Assembly: GCA_030018275.1 (NCBI GenBank)
Contig: JASEGB010000003.1
Span: 9,600 to 73,599, forward strand
DNA length: 64,000 nucleotides
Source of the DNA: Actinomycetota bacterium
GTDB lineage: Bacteria; Actinomycetota; Aquicultoria; Subteraquimicrobiales; Subteraquimicrobiaceae
Direction: 5' to 3'
Positions 29,693-40,269 of the stretch are shown in pieces. A program made the position numbers and the translations under genes. Numbering within the stretch: the stretch's first letter is position 1; the number at the start of each line of letters is the position of its first letter. The notes under the pieces were generated by a model, which was not told the origin of the DNA, did no database searches, and was given only the letters and a program-made list of their open reading frames with translations.

Positions 29693-31309
29693 ATGAAAGT
29701 CTTAATCACGGAAAAGATCGCAGAAAATGGGATCGAACAGCTAAAGGCAGCAGGCTTCGATGTTGATGTTAAACTAAATATAGCCCCAGAGGAGCTCAAG
29801 GAATGCATCAAAGATTATGATGCCCTGATAGTTCGAAGTGGAACCAAGGTCACCGAGGAAGTTATATCTAACGCCAAGAACCTCAAAATAATCGGCAGAG
29901 CGGGTATTGGAGTCGATAATATCGATGTTAATGCCGCTACAAAGGGGGGAATAATTGTAGCCAATGCTCCTCAGAGCAATATCATTTCCGCGGCGGAGCA
30001 TACCATTGCCTTGCTCTTTGCCCAGTGCAGAAATATTCCATCGGCTCATGTCCATTTGAAATCGGGAAAGTGGGAAAGATCCAAATTCCAGGGTGTTGAG
30101 GTGTGTGATAAGACATTGGGCATCGTAGGTTTGGGACGCATTGGTACATTGGTGGCTACTAGAGCACACGGTTTGGGGATGAAGGTAATCGCCTATGACC
30201 CATACGTTTCCGAGGAGCGCTTTGAGCAGTTGGGTGTGGAGCGAGCGGAAAAGCTCGAGGATTTATTGAAGGTTTCCGACTTTATATCCGTTCATGTCCC
30301 CAAGACCAAGGAGACAACGGATATGTTTGGAGAGAAGGAATTCACGCTGATGAAAGAGGGCGTACGCATAGTGAACACTGCTCGAGGAGGTATCTTCCAA
30401 GAAAAAGCCCTCATAAAGGCCCTTAAGGGGGGGAAAGTCGCCAGTGTGGCGGTCGATGTTTTCGAGAAAGAACCCTGTACTTCGAGCCCTTTGTTTGAAT
30501 TTGAGCAGGTCGTGGTGACTCCCCATCTTGGCGCTTCGACTCAGGAAGCTCAGGATAAAGCGGGAATCATGATCGCTGAGCAAATAATCGCCGCCCTCAA
30601 GGGTGGAGTGGTCACGAATGCGGTAAACATCCCAGTGGTCCCGACGGAGGTAGCTGAAGCGCTGAAACCATTTCTGCCTCTCGCGGAGCAGTTGGGCAAC
30701 CTCTATATTCATTTAGCGAAGGGGAAGTTGGGTCATCTGGAGGCCGAATACTCCGGAGAAATTGCCCAGTGCGATACGAGACTCCTCACCAATTCCATAC
30801 TCAAGGGTTTATTCGCTTCCGTGGTTGAGGAACCCATAACCTTGGTCAATGCACCAGTTATTGCTAAGGAAAGGGGAGTAAGGATAAAGGAGAGCAAGAG
30901 CACCATCTCCAGGGATTATATCAACCTCATCACTCTTAGGGGCAGGGATGCCCAGGGAGAATTATCCGTTGCCGGCACGGTCATAGGCAAAAAGGATGAA
31001 CCTCGTTTTGTGGGTATTTACGAGTATGAAATAGATATAATACCCTCAAAGTATATGTTGTTTGTGAAGTACATCGACCGCCCAGGGATGATCGGTGCCG
31101 TGGGTTCTAGCATGGGGCGAGCGAATATTAATATTGCCAGCATGCAGGTGGGGCGGAAGAGGATCCGAGGCGAAGCGGTTATGGGACTCAACTTGGACGA
31201 TCCCGTACCCGATCACGTGGTGGAGCAAATCAGGCAAATTCCTGGGATTTCCGATGTATGGTTCATCGTTTTGGAGGGAGCGCAGGAAAAAATTGGCATC
31301 ATTGAATAA
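29693..31309 (+). CDS. serA: D-3-phosphoglycerate dehydrogenase (with C-terminal ACT domain)
   Basis: GLGRIGTLVA NAD motif and a 538-aa long form. Confidence 0.75.
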   Translation: MKVLITEKIAENGIEQLKAAGFDVDVKLNIAPEELKECIKDYDALIVRSGTKVTEEVISNAKNLKIIGRAGIGVDNIDVNAATKGGIIVANAPQSNIISAAEHTIALLFAQCRNIPSAHVHLKSGKWERSKFQGVEVCDKTLGIVGLGRIGTLVATRAHGLGMKVIAYDPYVSEERFEQLGVERAEKLEDLLKVSDFISVHVPKTKETTDMFGEKEFTLMKEGVRIVNTARGGIFQEKALIKALKGGKVASVAVDVFEKEPCTSSPLFEFEQVVVTPHLGASTQEAQDKAGIMIAEQIIAALKGGVVTNAVNIPVVPTEVAEALKPFLPLAEQLGNLYIHLAKGKLGHLEAEYSGEIAQCDTRLLTNSILKGLFASVVEEPITLVNAPVIAKERGVRIKESKSTISRDYINLITLRGRDAQGELSVAGTVIGKKDEPRFVGIYEYEIDIIPSKYMLFVKYIDRPGMIGAVGSSMGRANINIASMQVGRKRIRGEAVMGLNLDDPVPDHVVEQIRQIPGISDVWFIVLEGAQEKIGIIE

Positions 31310-31366
31310 ACCCGTTAACAGGTAAATAGGTCACCCAACAACCAAATAAGTATGGAAGGGATTTTC

Positions 31367-32872
31367 ATGAAGAAACGAGTTTATATTTTCGACACAACTT
31401 TAAGGGACGGGGAACAATCTCCGGGCATCAGTCTCAATGTCAGGGAGAAAGTGGAAATAGCCGAACAACTAGCTAGGCTGGGAGTGGATGTAATTGAGGC
31501 TGGTTTTCCCATCACCTCTGTGGGAGACTTTGAGGCGGTGAAGGCTATCGCTAAGAAGGTCAAGGGACCCGTCATTTGTGCGCTCGCCCGAGCTGTCAGT
31601 GAGGATATCGATCGGGCTTGGGAAGCCGTTAAATGCGCTGAAAGGCCCCGCATCCATACTTTCATTGCCACTTCGGATATCCACATCGAGCGCAAGCTCA
31701 GAAGAACCCGCGAGGAAGTACTTCAGATGACCGAGGAAGCCGTGAAGCGAGCCAAGAGGTATACCCCGGATGTGGAATTTTCTCCGGAGGATGCCACGCG
31801 CTCCGAATTCGAATATCTGTGTAAGGTCATAGAGGTGGCTTTGGAAAGTGGAGCCACTGTGATAAATATCCCCGATACCGTGGGTTATGCTCTCCCTGAG
31901 GAATTTGGCAAGCTCATTCGGAATTTGAGAAAGTCCGTTCCAGGTCTCGGTGAGGTCATTTTGAGCGTTCATTGCCATAATGATCTGGGCTTGGCTGTAG
32001 CCAATTCCCTAGAAGCGGTCATAAACGGTGCCAATCAGGTTGAATGTACGATCAATGGTCTTGGGGAGAGAGCGGGTAATGCCTCCCTTGAGGAGATAGT
32101 AATGATTTTGGATACCCGCTACCGCTCTCTGGGCAAAAGAACAAACATCAATACAGAGGAAATAATGAGAACTAGCAGGTTGGTGAGTTCTCTCACCGGC
32201 TATCACGTTCAATATAATAAGGCCATCGTGGGAGCCAACGCTTTTGCCCATTCTTCGGGAATCCACACTGATGGGATGCTCAAGGATAGAACCACTTACG
32301 AAATTATTGATCCTCGGAAGATAGGTCTTGCGGCGAGCAGATTGGTATTGGGAAAAACTTCGGGACGGCACGGTTTCAGAAAACGCCTTGAGGAGTTGGG
32401 TTACACCTTAAGCGATGAAGAATTCGAAAGGGCCTTCAACCGATTCAAAGATTTAGCGGACAAGAAAGCTCAGATCACCGATGATGATCTTGAAGCCATA
32501 GTAGCCGATGAGATATATACCGGCATTGAAGCCTATCGTCTGAATTATCTTGAGGTCACAAGCGGCACAGGAGTGACGCCAAAGGCAACCGTCAAACTCG
32601 TCAGAAATAGCCAAGTCTTTGAGGAATCAGCCAGGGGAGATGGTCCAGTCGATGCAGCGTTTAAGGCCATCGATAAAATCATTGGTTTAAAGAATAAGCT
32701 CTTGAACTTTTCCATCAGTGCCGTCACAGGGGAGAAAGAGGCTCTGGGGGAGACAAATTTACGATTGGAAGTTGAAGGGCGAATAGTATTTGGTAGGGGT
32801 GTAAGCACCGATATTATAGAAGCGAGCGTCAGAGCATATCTTAACGCATTGAACAAGATACTCACTAAATGA
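31367..32872 (+). CDS. leuA: 2-isopropylmalate synthase
   Basis: [13 protein letters not shown] and [14 protein letters not shown] motifs, plus a C-terminal LeuA regulatory domain. Confidence 0.7.
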   Translation: MKKRVYIFDTTLRDGEQSPGISLNVREKVEIAEQLARLGVDVIEAGFPITSVGDFEAVKAIAKKVKGPVICALARAVSEDIDRAWEAVKCAERPRIHTFIATSDIHIERKLRRTREEVLQMTEEAVKRAKRYTPDVEFSPEDATRSEFEYLCKVIEVALESGATVINIPDTVGYALPEEFGKLIRNLRKSVPGLGEVILSVHCHNDLGLAVANSLEAVINGANQVECTINGLGERAGNASLEEIVMILDTRYRSLGKRTNINTEEIMRTSRLVSSLTGYHVQYNKAIVGANAFAHSSGIHTDGMLKDRTTYEIIDPRKIGLAASRLVLGKTSGRHGFRKRLEELGYTLSDEEFERAFNRFKDLADKKAQITDDDLEAIVADEIYTGIEAYRLNYLEVTSGTGVTPKATVKLVRNSQVFEESARGDGPVDAAFKAIDKIIGLKNKLLNFSISAVTGEKEALGETNLRLEVEGRIVFGRGVSTDIIEASVRAYLNALNKILTK

Positions 32873-32881
32873 AGTGGTAAT

Positions 32882-34141
32882 ATGGGGATGACCATAACCG
32901 AAAAAATTTTGGCGGTTCATGCTAGCAAACGCGAGGTAAGTCCGGGTGAGCTAATTAATGTAAAATTGGATGTAGTTTTGGGAAATGATGTCACCACACC
33001 CTTAGCCATTGAGGGATTTAAAAAAATTGGGGTATCCAAGGTTTTCGATCCAAATAAGGTGGTGCTCGTTCCGGATCATTATACTCCTAACAGGGATATA
33101 AAAGCGGCAGAGCAATGTAAAATCTTACGAAATTTTGCCCACGAACAGGGTTTAACCCATTATTACGAAGTCGGCCGGATGGGCATAGAACATGCTCTCC
33201 TCCCGGAAGAGGGATTGGTTCTTCCAGGAGAGGTGATCATTGGAGCGGATTCTCACACATGTACCTATGGTGCCCTGGGTGCTTTCGCCACGGGTGTGGG
33301 GAGCACCGATATGGCTGCGGGAATGGCTCTGGGAGAGCTTTGGTTTAAAGTTTCCCCCACCATTAAATTCGTTTATTACGGAAAGCTTAATGATTGGGTT
33401 ACTGGCAAAGATCTCATTCTTTATACCATAGGAAGAATAGGTGTAGATGGAGCTCTCTATAGGACCCTGGAGTTTTGTGGAGAGGTCATCAGTAATCTAT
33501 CCATGGATAGCAGATTCACGATGGCGAATATGGCCATTGAAGCCGGAGCCAAAAGTGGAATCATTGAACCAGACCAGATAACTTTGGATTATGTAAACCC
33601 CAGAGCACGGCGCCCTTTTACGGTTTATAAAAGCGACGAAGATGCAAATTACGAGAGAACATTTGAATTCGATGTCTCACGGATAGAGCCCCAAGTTGCT
33701 TTCCCTCATCTACCATCAAATGTGAAGCCCATAAGTGAGGTAGGAGATGTACCCATTGATCAAGTTGTCATCGGTTCCTGTACCAACGGTCGTCTTGAAG
33801 ATCTCCGAATCGCGGCTCGGATTTTAAGGGGACGAGAGGTCTATCCAAAAGTTCGCTTGATTATAATCCCTGCCACTCAAGGAATATATGCACAGGCTAT
33901 ACGGGAAGGCTTGATTGAGGTATTCATAAGTGCTGGAGCAGCTGTGAGCACCCCTACTTGCGGTCCCTGTTTGGGGGGACATATGGGAGTCCTTGCCGAG
34001 GGGGAAAGGGCTTTAGCAACCACCAATCGGAATTTCGTTGGTCGGATGGGACATCCAAAGAGTGAAGTTTATCTGTGTGGACCGGCAGTGGCTGCTGCCT
34101 CTGCAGTGCTTGGGAAAATTGCAGGTCCCAACGATTTGTAA
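32882..34141 (+). CDS. leuC: 3-isopropylmalate dehydratase large subunit
   Basis: Aconitase-family cysteines (GSCTNGR, TCGPCLG); 419 aa. Confidence 0.8.
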   Translation: MGMTITEKILAVHASKREVSPGELINVKLDVVLGNDVTTPLAIEGFKKIGVSKVFDPNKVVLVPDHYTPNRDIKAAEQCKILRNFAHEQGLTHYYEVGRMGIEHALLPEEGLVLPGEVIIGADSHTCTYGALGAFATGVGSTDMAAGMALGELWFKVSPTIKFVYYGKLNDWVTGKDLILYTIGRIGVDGALYRTLEFCGEVISNLSMDSRFTMANMAIEAGAKSGIIEPDQITLDYVNPRARRPFTVYKSDEDANYERTFEFDVSRIEPQVAFPHLPSNVKPISEVGDVPIDQVVIGSCTNGRLEDLRIAARILRGREVYPKVRLIIIPATQGIYAQAIREGLIEVFISAGAAVSTPTCGPCLGGHMGVLAEGERALATTNRNFVGRMGHPKSEVYLCGPAVAAASAVLGKIAGPNDL

Positions 34142-34177
34142 AGGAATGACTGGTCCCTTATCCCTTTGGAGGTATAA

Positions 34178-34678
34178 GTGATTTACCAGGGCAAGGCGCA
34201 TAAATATGGGAGAGATATAAATACGGATGTCATAATCCCGGCCAGATATCTAACGACATTTGATCTTCAGGAGCTGGGCAAGCACTGTATGGAGAATTTG
34301 GATCCGAGTTTTATCTTTAAAATAGAAAAGGGAGATATTCTCGTGGCTGAGGAGAATTTCGGTTGTGGATCCTCAAGGGAACACGCTCCCCTTGCCATCA
34401 AAGCAGCTGGTATTTCCTGTATCATAGCTAAATCCTTTGCCAGGATATTTTTCCGCAACGCGATCAATATTGGGCTCCCCATTTTGGAATGTCCGAAAGC
34501 GGTGGATGGAATAAACACTGGGGACCAGATAAAGGTGGATACTGAGAAGGGGCAGATAATTAATCTATCCACGGGAAAAATTTTTGAAGTCAAACCATTC
34601 CCCGATTTCATCCAAGAGATAATCGAGCGGGGCGGGCTCATAAATTATGTGAAAGAGCGATTGAAGGTTAAAGGTTAA
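34178..34678 (+). CDS. leuD: 3-isopropylmalate dehydratase small subunit
   Basis: Aconitase swivel domain; 166 aa. Confidence 0.8.
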   Translation: MIYQGKAHKYGRDINTDVIIPARYLTTFDLQELGKHCMENLDPSFIFKIEKGDILVAEENFGCGSSREHAPLAIKAAGISCIIAKSFARIFFRNAINIGLPILECPKAVDGINTGDQIKVDTEKGQIINLSTGKIFEVKPFPDFIQEIIERGGLINYVKERLKVKG

Positions 34679-34700
34679 AAGGTTAAAGGTTCTAGGTTGT
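34663..34700. repeat. (GGTTAAA)n tandem array overlapping the leuD stop
   Basis: aaggttaaaggttaaaaggttaaaggttctaggtt. Confidence 0.55.
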
Positions 34701-34705
34701 GGGTG

Positions 34706-34900
34706 TAATGTTCACGAACATTGGTAACACTTATATTGTTTGGGGCATCCCTCCGAGTGCTAGCTGCTGCGAGCCTACTCACTGCTCTCTTAAGGGCAAC
34801 ACCCTCCATAAGTTCGGGTCGGGCTGTTGCCGCCGCTGTTCGAGCCTTGCTCGCTTAACGGTTCTCTTAAGATGCACTCTCCAGGATAACCCCAAATTAC
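34706..34900. repeat. ~190-bp repeat element D, copy 2 (inverted relative to copy 1)
   Basis: Its reverse complement aligns end-to-end with 9296-9500. Confidence 0.65.
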
Positions 34901-34920
34901 TATGAAATTCTCAAGAGAGT

Positions 34921-34950
34921 GGTAACCAATGTCTGCGATTAATACATGTA
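34921..34950. repeat. REP-like module B copy
   Basis: ggtaaccaatgtctgcgattaatacat. Confidence 0.55.
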
Positions 34951-34979
34951 GGTTCTAAGTTAAGGTTAAAGGTGAAAGT

Positions 34980-36074
34980 ATGTCTAACGAACAACGAACA
35001 ACGAACAGCGAGCAACGATATAGGATCGGTGTCATTCCCGGCGATGGTACCGGACCGGAGGTTATCCGAGAGGGCTTAAAGGTTTTGAGGTCGGTCAGCG
35101 GAGTTATGAGGTTTCAATGCGAGTTTGTGGAATACGACTTTGGAGGGGAGAGATACTTACGCACCGGGGAAACAATTCCAGACTCCGCAATCGAGGAATT
35201 CAAAAGACTGGACGCCATATATTTGGGGGCAATAGGACATCTCCAGGTGAAGCCCGGTATTCTGGAGCGGGGCATTTTGTTGAAGATAAGATTCGCTCTC
35301 GATCAATACATAAATCTAAGGCCGGTAAAGCTCTACCCGGGAGTGGAGACGCCAATAAAGGGGAAGGGACCCGAGGATATAGATTTCGTGGTGGTCAGAG
35401 AGAACACCGAGGGACTATACGTCGGAGCAGGTGGGTTTCTGAGGAAGGGAACGCCAAATGAAGTGGCCATCCAGGAGAGCATCAACACCCGGAGGGGTGT
35501 GGAAAGATGCATCAGATACGCCTTTGAATTCTGCAGAAAAAGGGATAAAGCCAAGAAGGTTACCCTCTGTGGAAAAACCAATGTTCTAACCTATGCCCAC
35601 GATCTATGGCAGCGAACCTTCGACGAGGTTGGGAGGGAATATCCCGATATAACCAAGGATTATGCCCATGTTGATGCAATCTGCATGTGGATGGTCAAGA
35701 ATCCTGAATGGTTCGATGTCATCGTCACCGATAACATGTTCGGGGATATCATCACCGATTTGGGAGCCATGATTCAAGGGGGAATGGGTATAGCCGCCGG
35801 TGCCAATATTAATCCTGAAGGCACTTCTATGTTTGAGCCCATCGGCGGTTCAGCGCCGAAGTATGCTGGGAAAAATGTGATTAATCCATTGGCGGCAATC
35901 TCAGCTGCACAGCTCATGTTGGATTTTTTGGGGGAGAGTAAGGCTGCAAAACTCGTTGAGAAGGCGATCATCAAGGTGACCAGTGAGAAGATCAAGGGTC
36001 TTGCAGCTGGGCAAATGGGTTACACCACCACCGAGGTCGGGGATATGGTTGCCCAATTCGTAACCGAAGGCTAA
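34980..36074 (+). CDS. leuB: 3-isopropylmalate dehydrogenase
   Basis: [12 protein letters not shown] motif and isocitrate/IPMDH fold. Confidence 0.85.
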   Translation: MSNEQRTTNSEQRYRIGVIPGDGTGPEVIREGLKVLRSVSGVMRFQCEFVEYDFGGERYLRTGETIPDSAIEEFKRLDAIYLGAIGHLQVKPGILERGILLKIRFALDQYINLRPVKLYPGVETPIKGKGPEDIDFVVVRENTEGLYVGAGGFLRKGTPNEVAIQESINTRRGVERCIRYAFEFCRKRDKAKKVTLCGKTNVLTYAHDLWQRTFDEVGREYPDITKDYAHVDAICMWMVKNPEWFDVIVTDNMFGDIITDLGAMIQGGMGIAAGANINPEGTSMFEPIGGSAPKYAGKNVINPLAAISAAQLMLDFLGESKAAKLVEKAIIKVTSEKIKGLAAGQMGYTTTEVGDMVAQFVTEG

Positions 36075-36140
36075 TGGGTTAAAGGTTAAAGGTTGATGGG
36101 AACCCAATAACCCAATAACCCAAATTATCCCAAATAAGGG
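36075..36140. repeat. paired tandem arrays (GGTTAAA)x2 + (CCCAATAA)x3
   Basis: gggttaaaggttaaaggttgatggg aacccaataacccaataacccaaattatccc. GGGTTA is complementary to TAACCC. Confidence 0.6.
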
Positions 36141-36149
36141 GGGAATGTT

Positions 36150-37064
36150 ATGCCCATACAAAAGGTGGAGAAAATATGGATGAATGGCAAGTTGGTCGAT
36201 TGGGATGATGCCAAGGTTCATGTTTTAACTCACGCCCTCCATTATGGCTCTGGGGTATTTGAGGGAATTCGTGCCTATGAAACCAATAAAGGTACCGCCA
36301 TCTTTCGCCTCACCGATCACATGAAAAGGCTAGAACGTTCAGCGAGAATCTACCTCATGGAACTGCCCTACAGTGTGGAAGAACTCGTTAGGGCCACAAA
36401 GGAAACCATTCGCGTCAACAATCTCAAAAGCTGCTACATTCGTCCCATAGCCTTTCGAGGCTATGGGGAGATGGGTCTCAATCCTCTTCAAGCACCCGTC
36501 GATGTAGCCATCGCAGTCTGGCCTTGGGGAGCTTATCTCGGTGAAGAGGGAATAAAACATGGCATTAGAGCCATGATCTCCTCCTTTCATCGCATAGATC
36601 CGAATTCCCTTCCCCCCGTGGCTAAGGCAACCGGGCAGTACATCAATTCTATCCTCGCAAAAATTGAAGCCATCTTTGGTGGATACGATGAAGCGATTTT
36701 GCTGGATTCAAGAGGCTTTGTCTCTGAGGGATCTGGTGAGAACATCTTCGTGATAAAAGATGGTATTATATATACACCTTCCACGGCATCCAGCATCTTG
36801 GAGGGAATTACCAGGGATACGGTGATGAAGACCGCTGTCGATATGGGTTATCAGGTGATTGAGAGAGATCTGGTTAGAAGCGATTTATTCCTCGCCGATG
36901 AGGTTTTCTGTACGGGGACGGCGGCGGAAATTACTCCCATCAGGGAGATAGATAAGCGCTTCATCGGCGAACCTGGACCGATAACACGAAAGTTGCAGGA
37001 GAAATTCTATGCTATAGTACGGGGTGAGGAAGAAAAATACATGCATTGGCTGGAATTTGTGTAA
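36150..37064 (+). CDS. ilvE: branched-chain amino acid aminotransferase (class IV)
   Basis: 304 aa with fold-type IV motifs ([12 protein letters not shown]). Confidence 0.8.
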   Translation: MPIQKVEKIWMNGKLVDWDDAKVHVLTHALHYGSGVFEGIRAYETNKGTAIFRLTDHMKRLERSARIYLMELPYSVEELVRATKETIRVNNLKSCYIRPIAFRGYGEMGLNPLQAPVDVAIAVWPWGAYLGEEGIKHGIRAMISSFHRIDPNSLPPVAKATGQYINSILAKIEAIFGGYDEAILLDSRGFVSEGSGENIFVIKDGIIYTPSTASSILEGITRDTVMKTAVDMGYQVIERDLVRSDLFLADEVFCTGTAAEITPIREIDKRFIGEPGPITRKLQEKFYAIVRGEEEKYMHWLEFV

Positions 37065-37115
37065 TTGAAGGAATAAGGCTTGCGCCTTAGTTCCTTTGAA
37101 GTAAGTGTGATTAAA

Positions 37116-38699
37116 ATGGCAATGGCGAAGGTAAAGTTATATGATACGACCTTGAGGGATGGAGCTCAGAGGGAAGGTCTATCCTTCACGGTCGATGATA
37201 AATTGAAAATCGCTCAAAAGCTGGACGAGCTTGGCATCCACTATATCGAAGGTGGATGGCCTGGCTCGAACCCAAAGGATATTGAATTTTTCAGGGGGAT
37301 TAAGGATTATCCCATCAGAAATGCAACGATTGTCGCCTTCGGCAGCACAAGGCGTAAAAATACCCTTCCCGATGAAGATCAAAATCTTAAGGCTTTGATC
37401 AAAGCGGGTACACCCGCGGTGTGCATTTTCGGGAAAAGTTGGGATGTTCATGTGACCAGCGCTTTGGTCACCACACTTGAGGAGAATCTCAAGATGATCT
37501 TCGATTCCGTTTCATTCTTGAAGAATCGTGGTTTTGAGGTCATCTATGACGCTGAACATTTCTTCGATGGATACAGAAATAATGAAGATTACGCCATGAA
37601 GACCCTAAAAGCCGCTGTGGATGCCGGTGCCGATTGGATTGTTCTGTGCGATACAAATGGAGGCACATTACCCCTGGAAATAAGAGAGATTATTAGAGCC
37701 GTTAAAGCTAAAATAAAAGTTCCCTTGGGGATACACGCCCATAACGATGCCGATTGCGCTGTTGCCAATTCCATCGTCGCCGTTGAAGAGGGTGTAACCC
37801 AGGTACAGGGAACAATCAACGGATACGGCGAGAGGTGCGGTAATGCTAATCTCGTGTCCATTATCCCCAATTTAGTCCTTAAGCTTGGCATACCTTGTTT
37901 GAGTCGAGAGAAGCTTCCCTTGCTTACGGAGGTTTCCCACCACGTAAGCGAGATTGCCAACATCGCCCCTGATACTCATCAGCCCTACGTGGGACAGAGC
38001 GCCTTTGCTCACAAGGGAGGAGTCCACGTCAGCGCCATTTTAAGGCAAAAGGGAGCGTATGAGCATGTAGATCCAGAAGTTGTGGGCAATGTGCAACGCA
38101 TCTTGGTTTCCGAGCTATCCGGGACAACCACCCTTCTACAGAAAGCCAAGGAGCTCGGTATCGATCTCATGGAGAAGAAAGACCGGATGGCCGATATCCT
38201 AAAGAAGCTGAAGAAGCGTGAGCACGAAGGCTATCATTTTGAAGTTGCTGATGGGTCATTCGCCCTGTTCATTCTGAAGAACATTGGAACTTATCGACCT
38301 CTGTTTGAGCTGGAGAGCTTTGAGGTGGGAATCGACAGATGGCGTACGGGAAGATTCGAGACTCAGGCCATCGTAAAGTTGCGAGTGAAGGGCAAAAGGA
38401 TCGTGGAGGTGGCTGAGGGCAATGGTCCAATTAATGCGCTTGATCGTGCCCTGCGTAGGGCGTTGGAACCCCTGTATCCGGATCTTTCCCGCATAAAGCT
38501 GACCGATTATAAAGTACGCGTTCTGGATAGGAGAAAGGGAACCGCTGCAGTCGTACGCGTCCTCATAGAAAGCACGGATGGGGAAAGTACCTGGGGCACC
38601 GTGGGGGTCTCCGAAAATATCATTGAAGCCAGTTGGCAGGCTCTAGTCGACGGAATCGAATATGGACTGTTACGAAAGGCGTTGAAAGCCAAGTCATAA
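37116..38699 (+). CDS. cimA: LeuA-family (R)-citramalate synthase candidate
   Basis: [11 protein letters not shown] and [13 protein letters not shown] motifs; a second LeuA paralog of about 528 aa, matching the CimA subfamily architecture. Confidence 0.5.
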   Translation: MAMAKVKLYDTTLRDGAQREGLSFTVDDKLKIAQKLDELGIHYIEGGWPGSNPKDIEFFRGIKDYPIRNATIVAFGSTRRKNTLPDEDQNLKALIKAGTPAVCIFGKSWDVHVTSALVTTLEENLKMIFDSVSFLKNRGFEVIYDAEHFFDGYRNNEDYAMKTLKAAVDAGADWIVLCDTNGGTLPLEIREIIRAVKAKIKVPLGIHAHNDADCAVANSIVAVEEGVTQVQGTINGYGERCGNANLVSIIPNLVLKLGIPCLSREKLPLLTEVSHHVSEIANIAPDTHQPYVGQSAFAHKGGVHVSAILRQKGAYEHVDPEVVGNVQRILVSELSGTTTLLQKAKELGIDLMEKKDRMADILKKLKKREHEGYHFEVADGSFALFILKNIGTYRPLFELESFEVGIDRWRTGRFETQAIVKLRVKGKRIVEVAEGNGPINALDRALRRALEPLYPDLSRIKLTDYKVRVLDRRKGTAAVVRVLIESTDGESTWGTVGVSENIIEASWQALVDGIEYGLLRKALKAKS

Positions 38700-38713
38700 G
38701 GTGAACAGAGAGA

Positions 38714-39517
38714 ATGAAATTGGTGCGATTTCTGCATGGTCATAGGGTGCGTTTTGGAATTCTTGAGCGTGGTGTGATTCGATCCATCTTTGGTACCGCT
38801 TTTGAAGTTTGCTCGTCAAAGAGTGGCTGTGAACAGGATCCAAAATTTACTGGTGAGGAGTATTCTATTGAGGAAGTTAAAATACTTGCCCCAGTGGAGC
38901 CATCCAAGGTAGTCGCGGTGGGATTAAACTATGTCGACCATGCCAAAGAACTTAATATGCCTTTACCGGACGAACCCATCCTCTTTTTGAAACCCTCGAC
39001 TTCGGTCATCGGTCCCGAGGAGGATATAATTTATCCCCTAATGTCAAAACGCGTGGATTACGAAGCTGAACTGGCTGTGGTTATTGGGGGCAAAGTGAGA
39101 TATCTATCTCCGGAGGAAGCTCCCGAGCATATTCTCGGTTTTTGCTGCTCTAATGATGTTACCGCCCGAGACTTGCAGAGCAAAGATGTACAGTGGACGA
39201 GAGCGAAAAGTTTTGACACTTTTACCCCCATTGGTCCCTGGATTGTTACGGATTTAGATCCGAGTGACCTCCGCATCGAATTACTGCTCAATGGCAAAGT
39301 GAGACAATCTTCCTCCACTTCGAAGATGATTTTCGATGTCAATCATTTGGTCAGTTTTATTTCCCAGATTATGACCCTTCTTCCAGGCGATGTAATCATG
39401 ACCGGTACCCCTCCAGGTGTTGGCTCCATGAAGGTTGGAGATGTCGTCGAAGTCCGCATCGAAGGAATCGGAGTTTTAAGAAATCTCATTGCCACCCAAG
39501 TGTCCGACACTAAATAA
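38714..39517 (+). CDS. fumarylacetoacetate hydrolase (FAH) family protein
   Basis: FAH-fold motifs (DYEAELAVVIG, GTPPGVG). Confidence 0.65.
   Translation: MKLVRFLHGHRVRFGILERGVIRSIFGTAFEVCSSKSGCEQDPKFTGEEYSIEEVKILAPVEPSKVVAVGLNYVDHAKELNMPLPDEPILFLKPSTSVIGPEEDIIYPLMSKRVDYEAELAVVIGGKVRYLSPEEAPEHILGFCCSNDVTARDLQSKDVQWTRAKSFDTFTPIGPWIVTDLDPSDLRIELLLNGKVRQSSSTSKMIFDVNHLVSFISQIMTLLPGDVIMTGTPPGVGSMKVGDVVEVRIEGIGVLRNLIATQVSDTK
39500..39514. repeat. 15-bp palindrome-containing repeat GTGTCCGACACTAAA (left copy, inside the FAH 3' end)
   Basis: An identical sequence, apart from the central base of the 11-nt palindrome, occurs at 39963-39977; the two flank the transposase remnant. Confidence 0.6.
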
Positions 39518-39622
39518 GCCTTTTACCTGGCACAATGAAAAAATAACTGCATATTTGGTTGGCTTTGAAATATTGTTGAAATATAATTCATAAATTAATA
39601 ACTATCTAAGGAAAAGGTTATT

Positions 39623-39929
39623 ATGCCCAGACCTCCACGAGAAATTGTTCCGGGTGGCATCTATCACATAACCACCAGGGGAAATAACCGACAAGATATA
39701 TTTCTCGACAAAGAAGACAGACAAACTTACTTAAGTTTCTAGTTATCTCTCATACATAGATTGCAAATCAGATGAGCTTCTTGACCATAAGGAGATCTTG
39801 AGCCTGTTCGGGAAGAAGGATTCCACTCAGAGGAGAAAATATCGGCAGTTTGTTGAAGATGGAATTGCCCTTTGGAAATTGTATGTACCAAGGAAGTTCA
39901 ACGAAAATCAGTTCAGTAAAATGTGGTGA
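39623..39929 (+). pseudogene. IS200/IS605-family (RAYT-like, COG1943) tyrosine-transposase remnant with an internal deletion
   Basis: N-terminal MPRPPREIVPGGIYHITTRGNNRQDIFLDKEDRQTYLSF* (39623-39742). The family C-terminal tail DELLDHKEILSLFGKKDSTQRRKYRQFVEDGIA... (39771-39929) is in another frame. The catalytic HuH/Tyr core is missing. Confidence 0.55.
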
Positions 39930-39962
39930 GGGCAGCGAAAGTGCTGGTGAAATATTTGCGAG

Positions 39963-39977
39963 GTGTCGGACACTAAA
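39963..39977. repeat. 15-bp repeat GTGTCGGACACTAAA (right copy)
   Basis: Partner of 39500-39514. Confidence 0.6.
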
Positions 39978-39988
39978 AGGGAGCGCTC

Positions 39989-40207
39989 ATGAACACGGCC
40001 AAATTGGAGAGATTTAAACCGTTCTTGTTAATTCTTCTAATTTTACTTTTATTTCCTTCGACGGTCTATGCGGATAAAGGCATGATCCCTCTTTCTGATG
40101 TCTCTCCTTATGAACCCGGTCAAAAAGCGATCCTTGCATGCAATGGTGAGGAAGAAGTGCTCATCCTCTCAACGGATGTTTCCGCCAGCAAACATTCTTT
40201 ATTTTAG
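39989..40207 (+). CDS. small secreted protein (signal peptide); possibly the N-terminal part of a split gene
   Basis: MNTAKLERFKPFLLILLILLLFPSTVYA signal-like N-terminus. Confidence 0.3.
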   Translation: MNTAKLERFKPFLLILLILLLFPSTVYADKGMIPLSDVSPYEPGQKAILACNGEEEVLILSTDVSASKHSLF

Positions 40208-40269
40208 AAGTCTTACTTCTACCTTCAAAACCGGAAATTAAGGAGGGAACCATTAAATCCTTTGAGAGG

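Noticed and set aside
29604-36140. CRISPR array
   Set aside because: The repeat units are only 7-8 bp, without spacers of 25-40 bp. They are microsatellite-like tandem arrays, not CRISPR.
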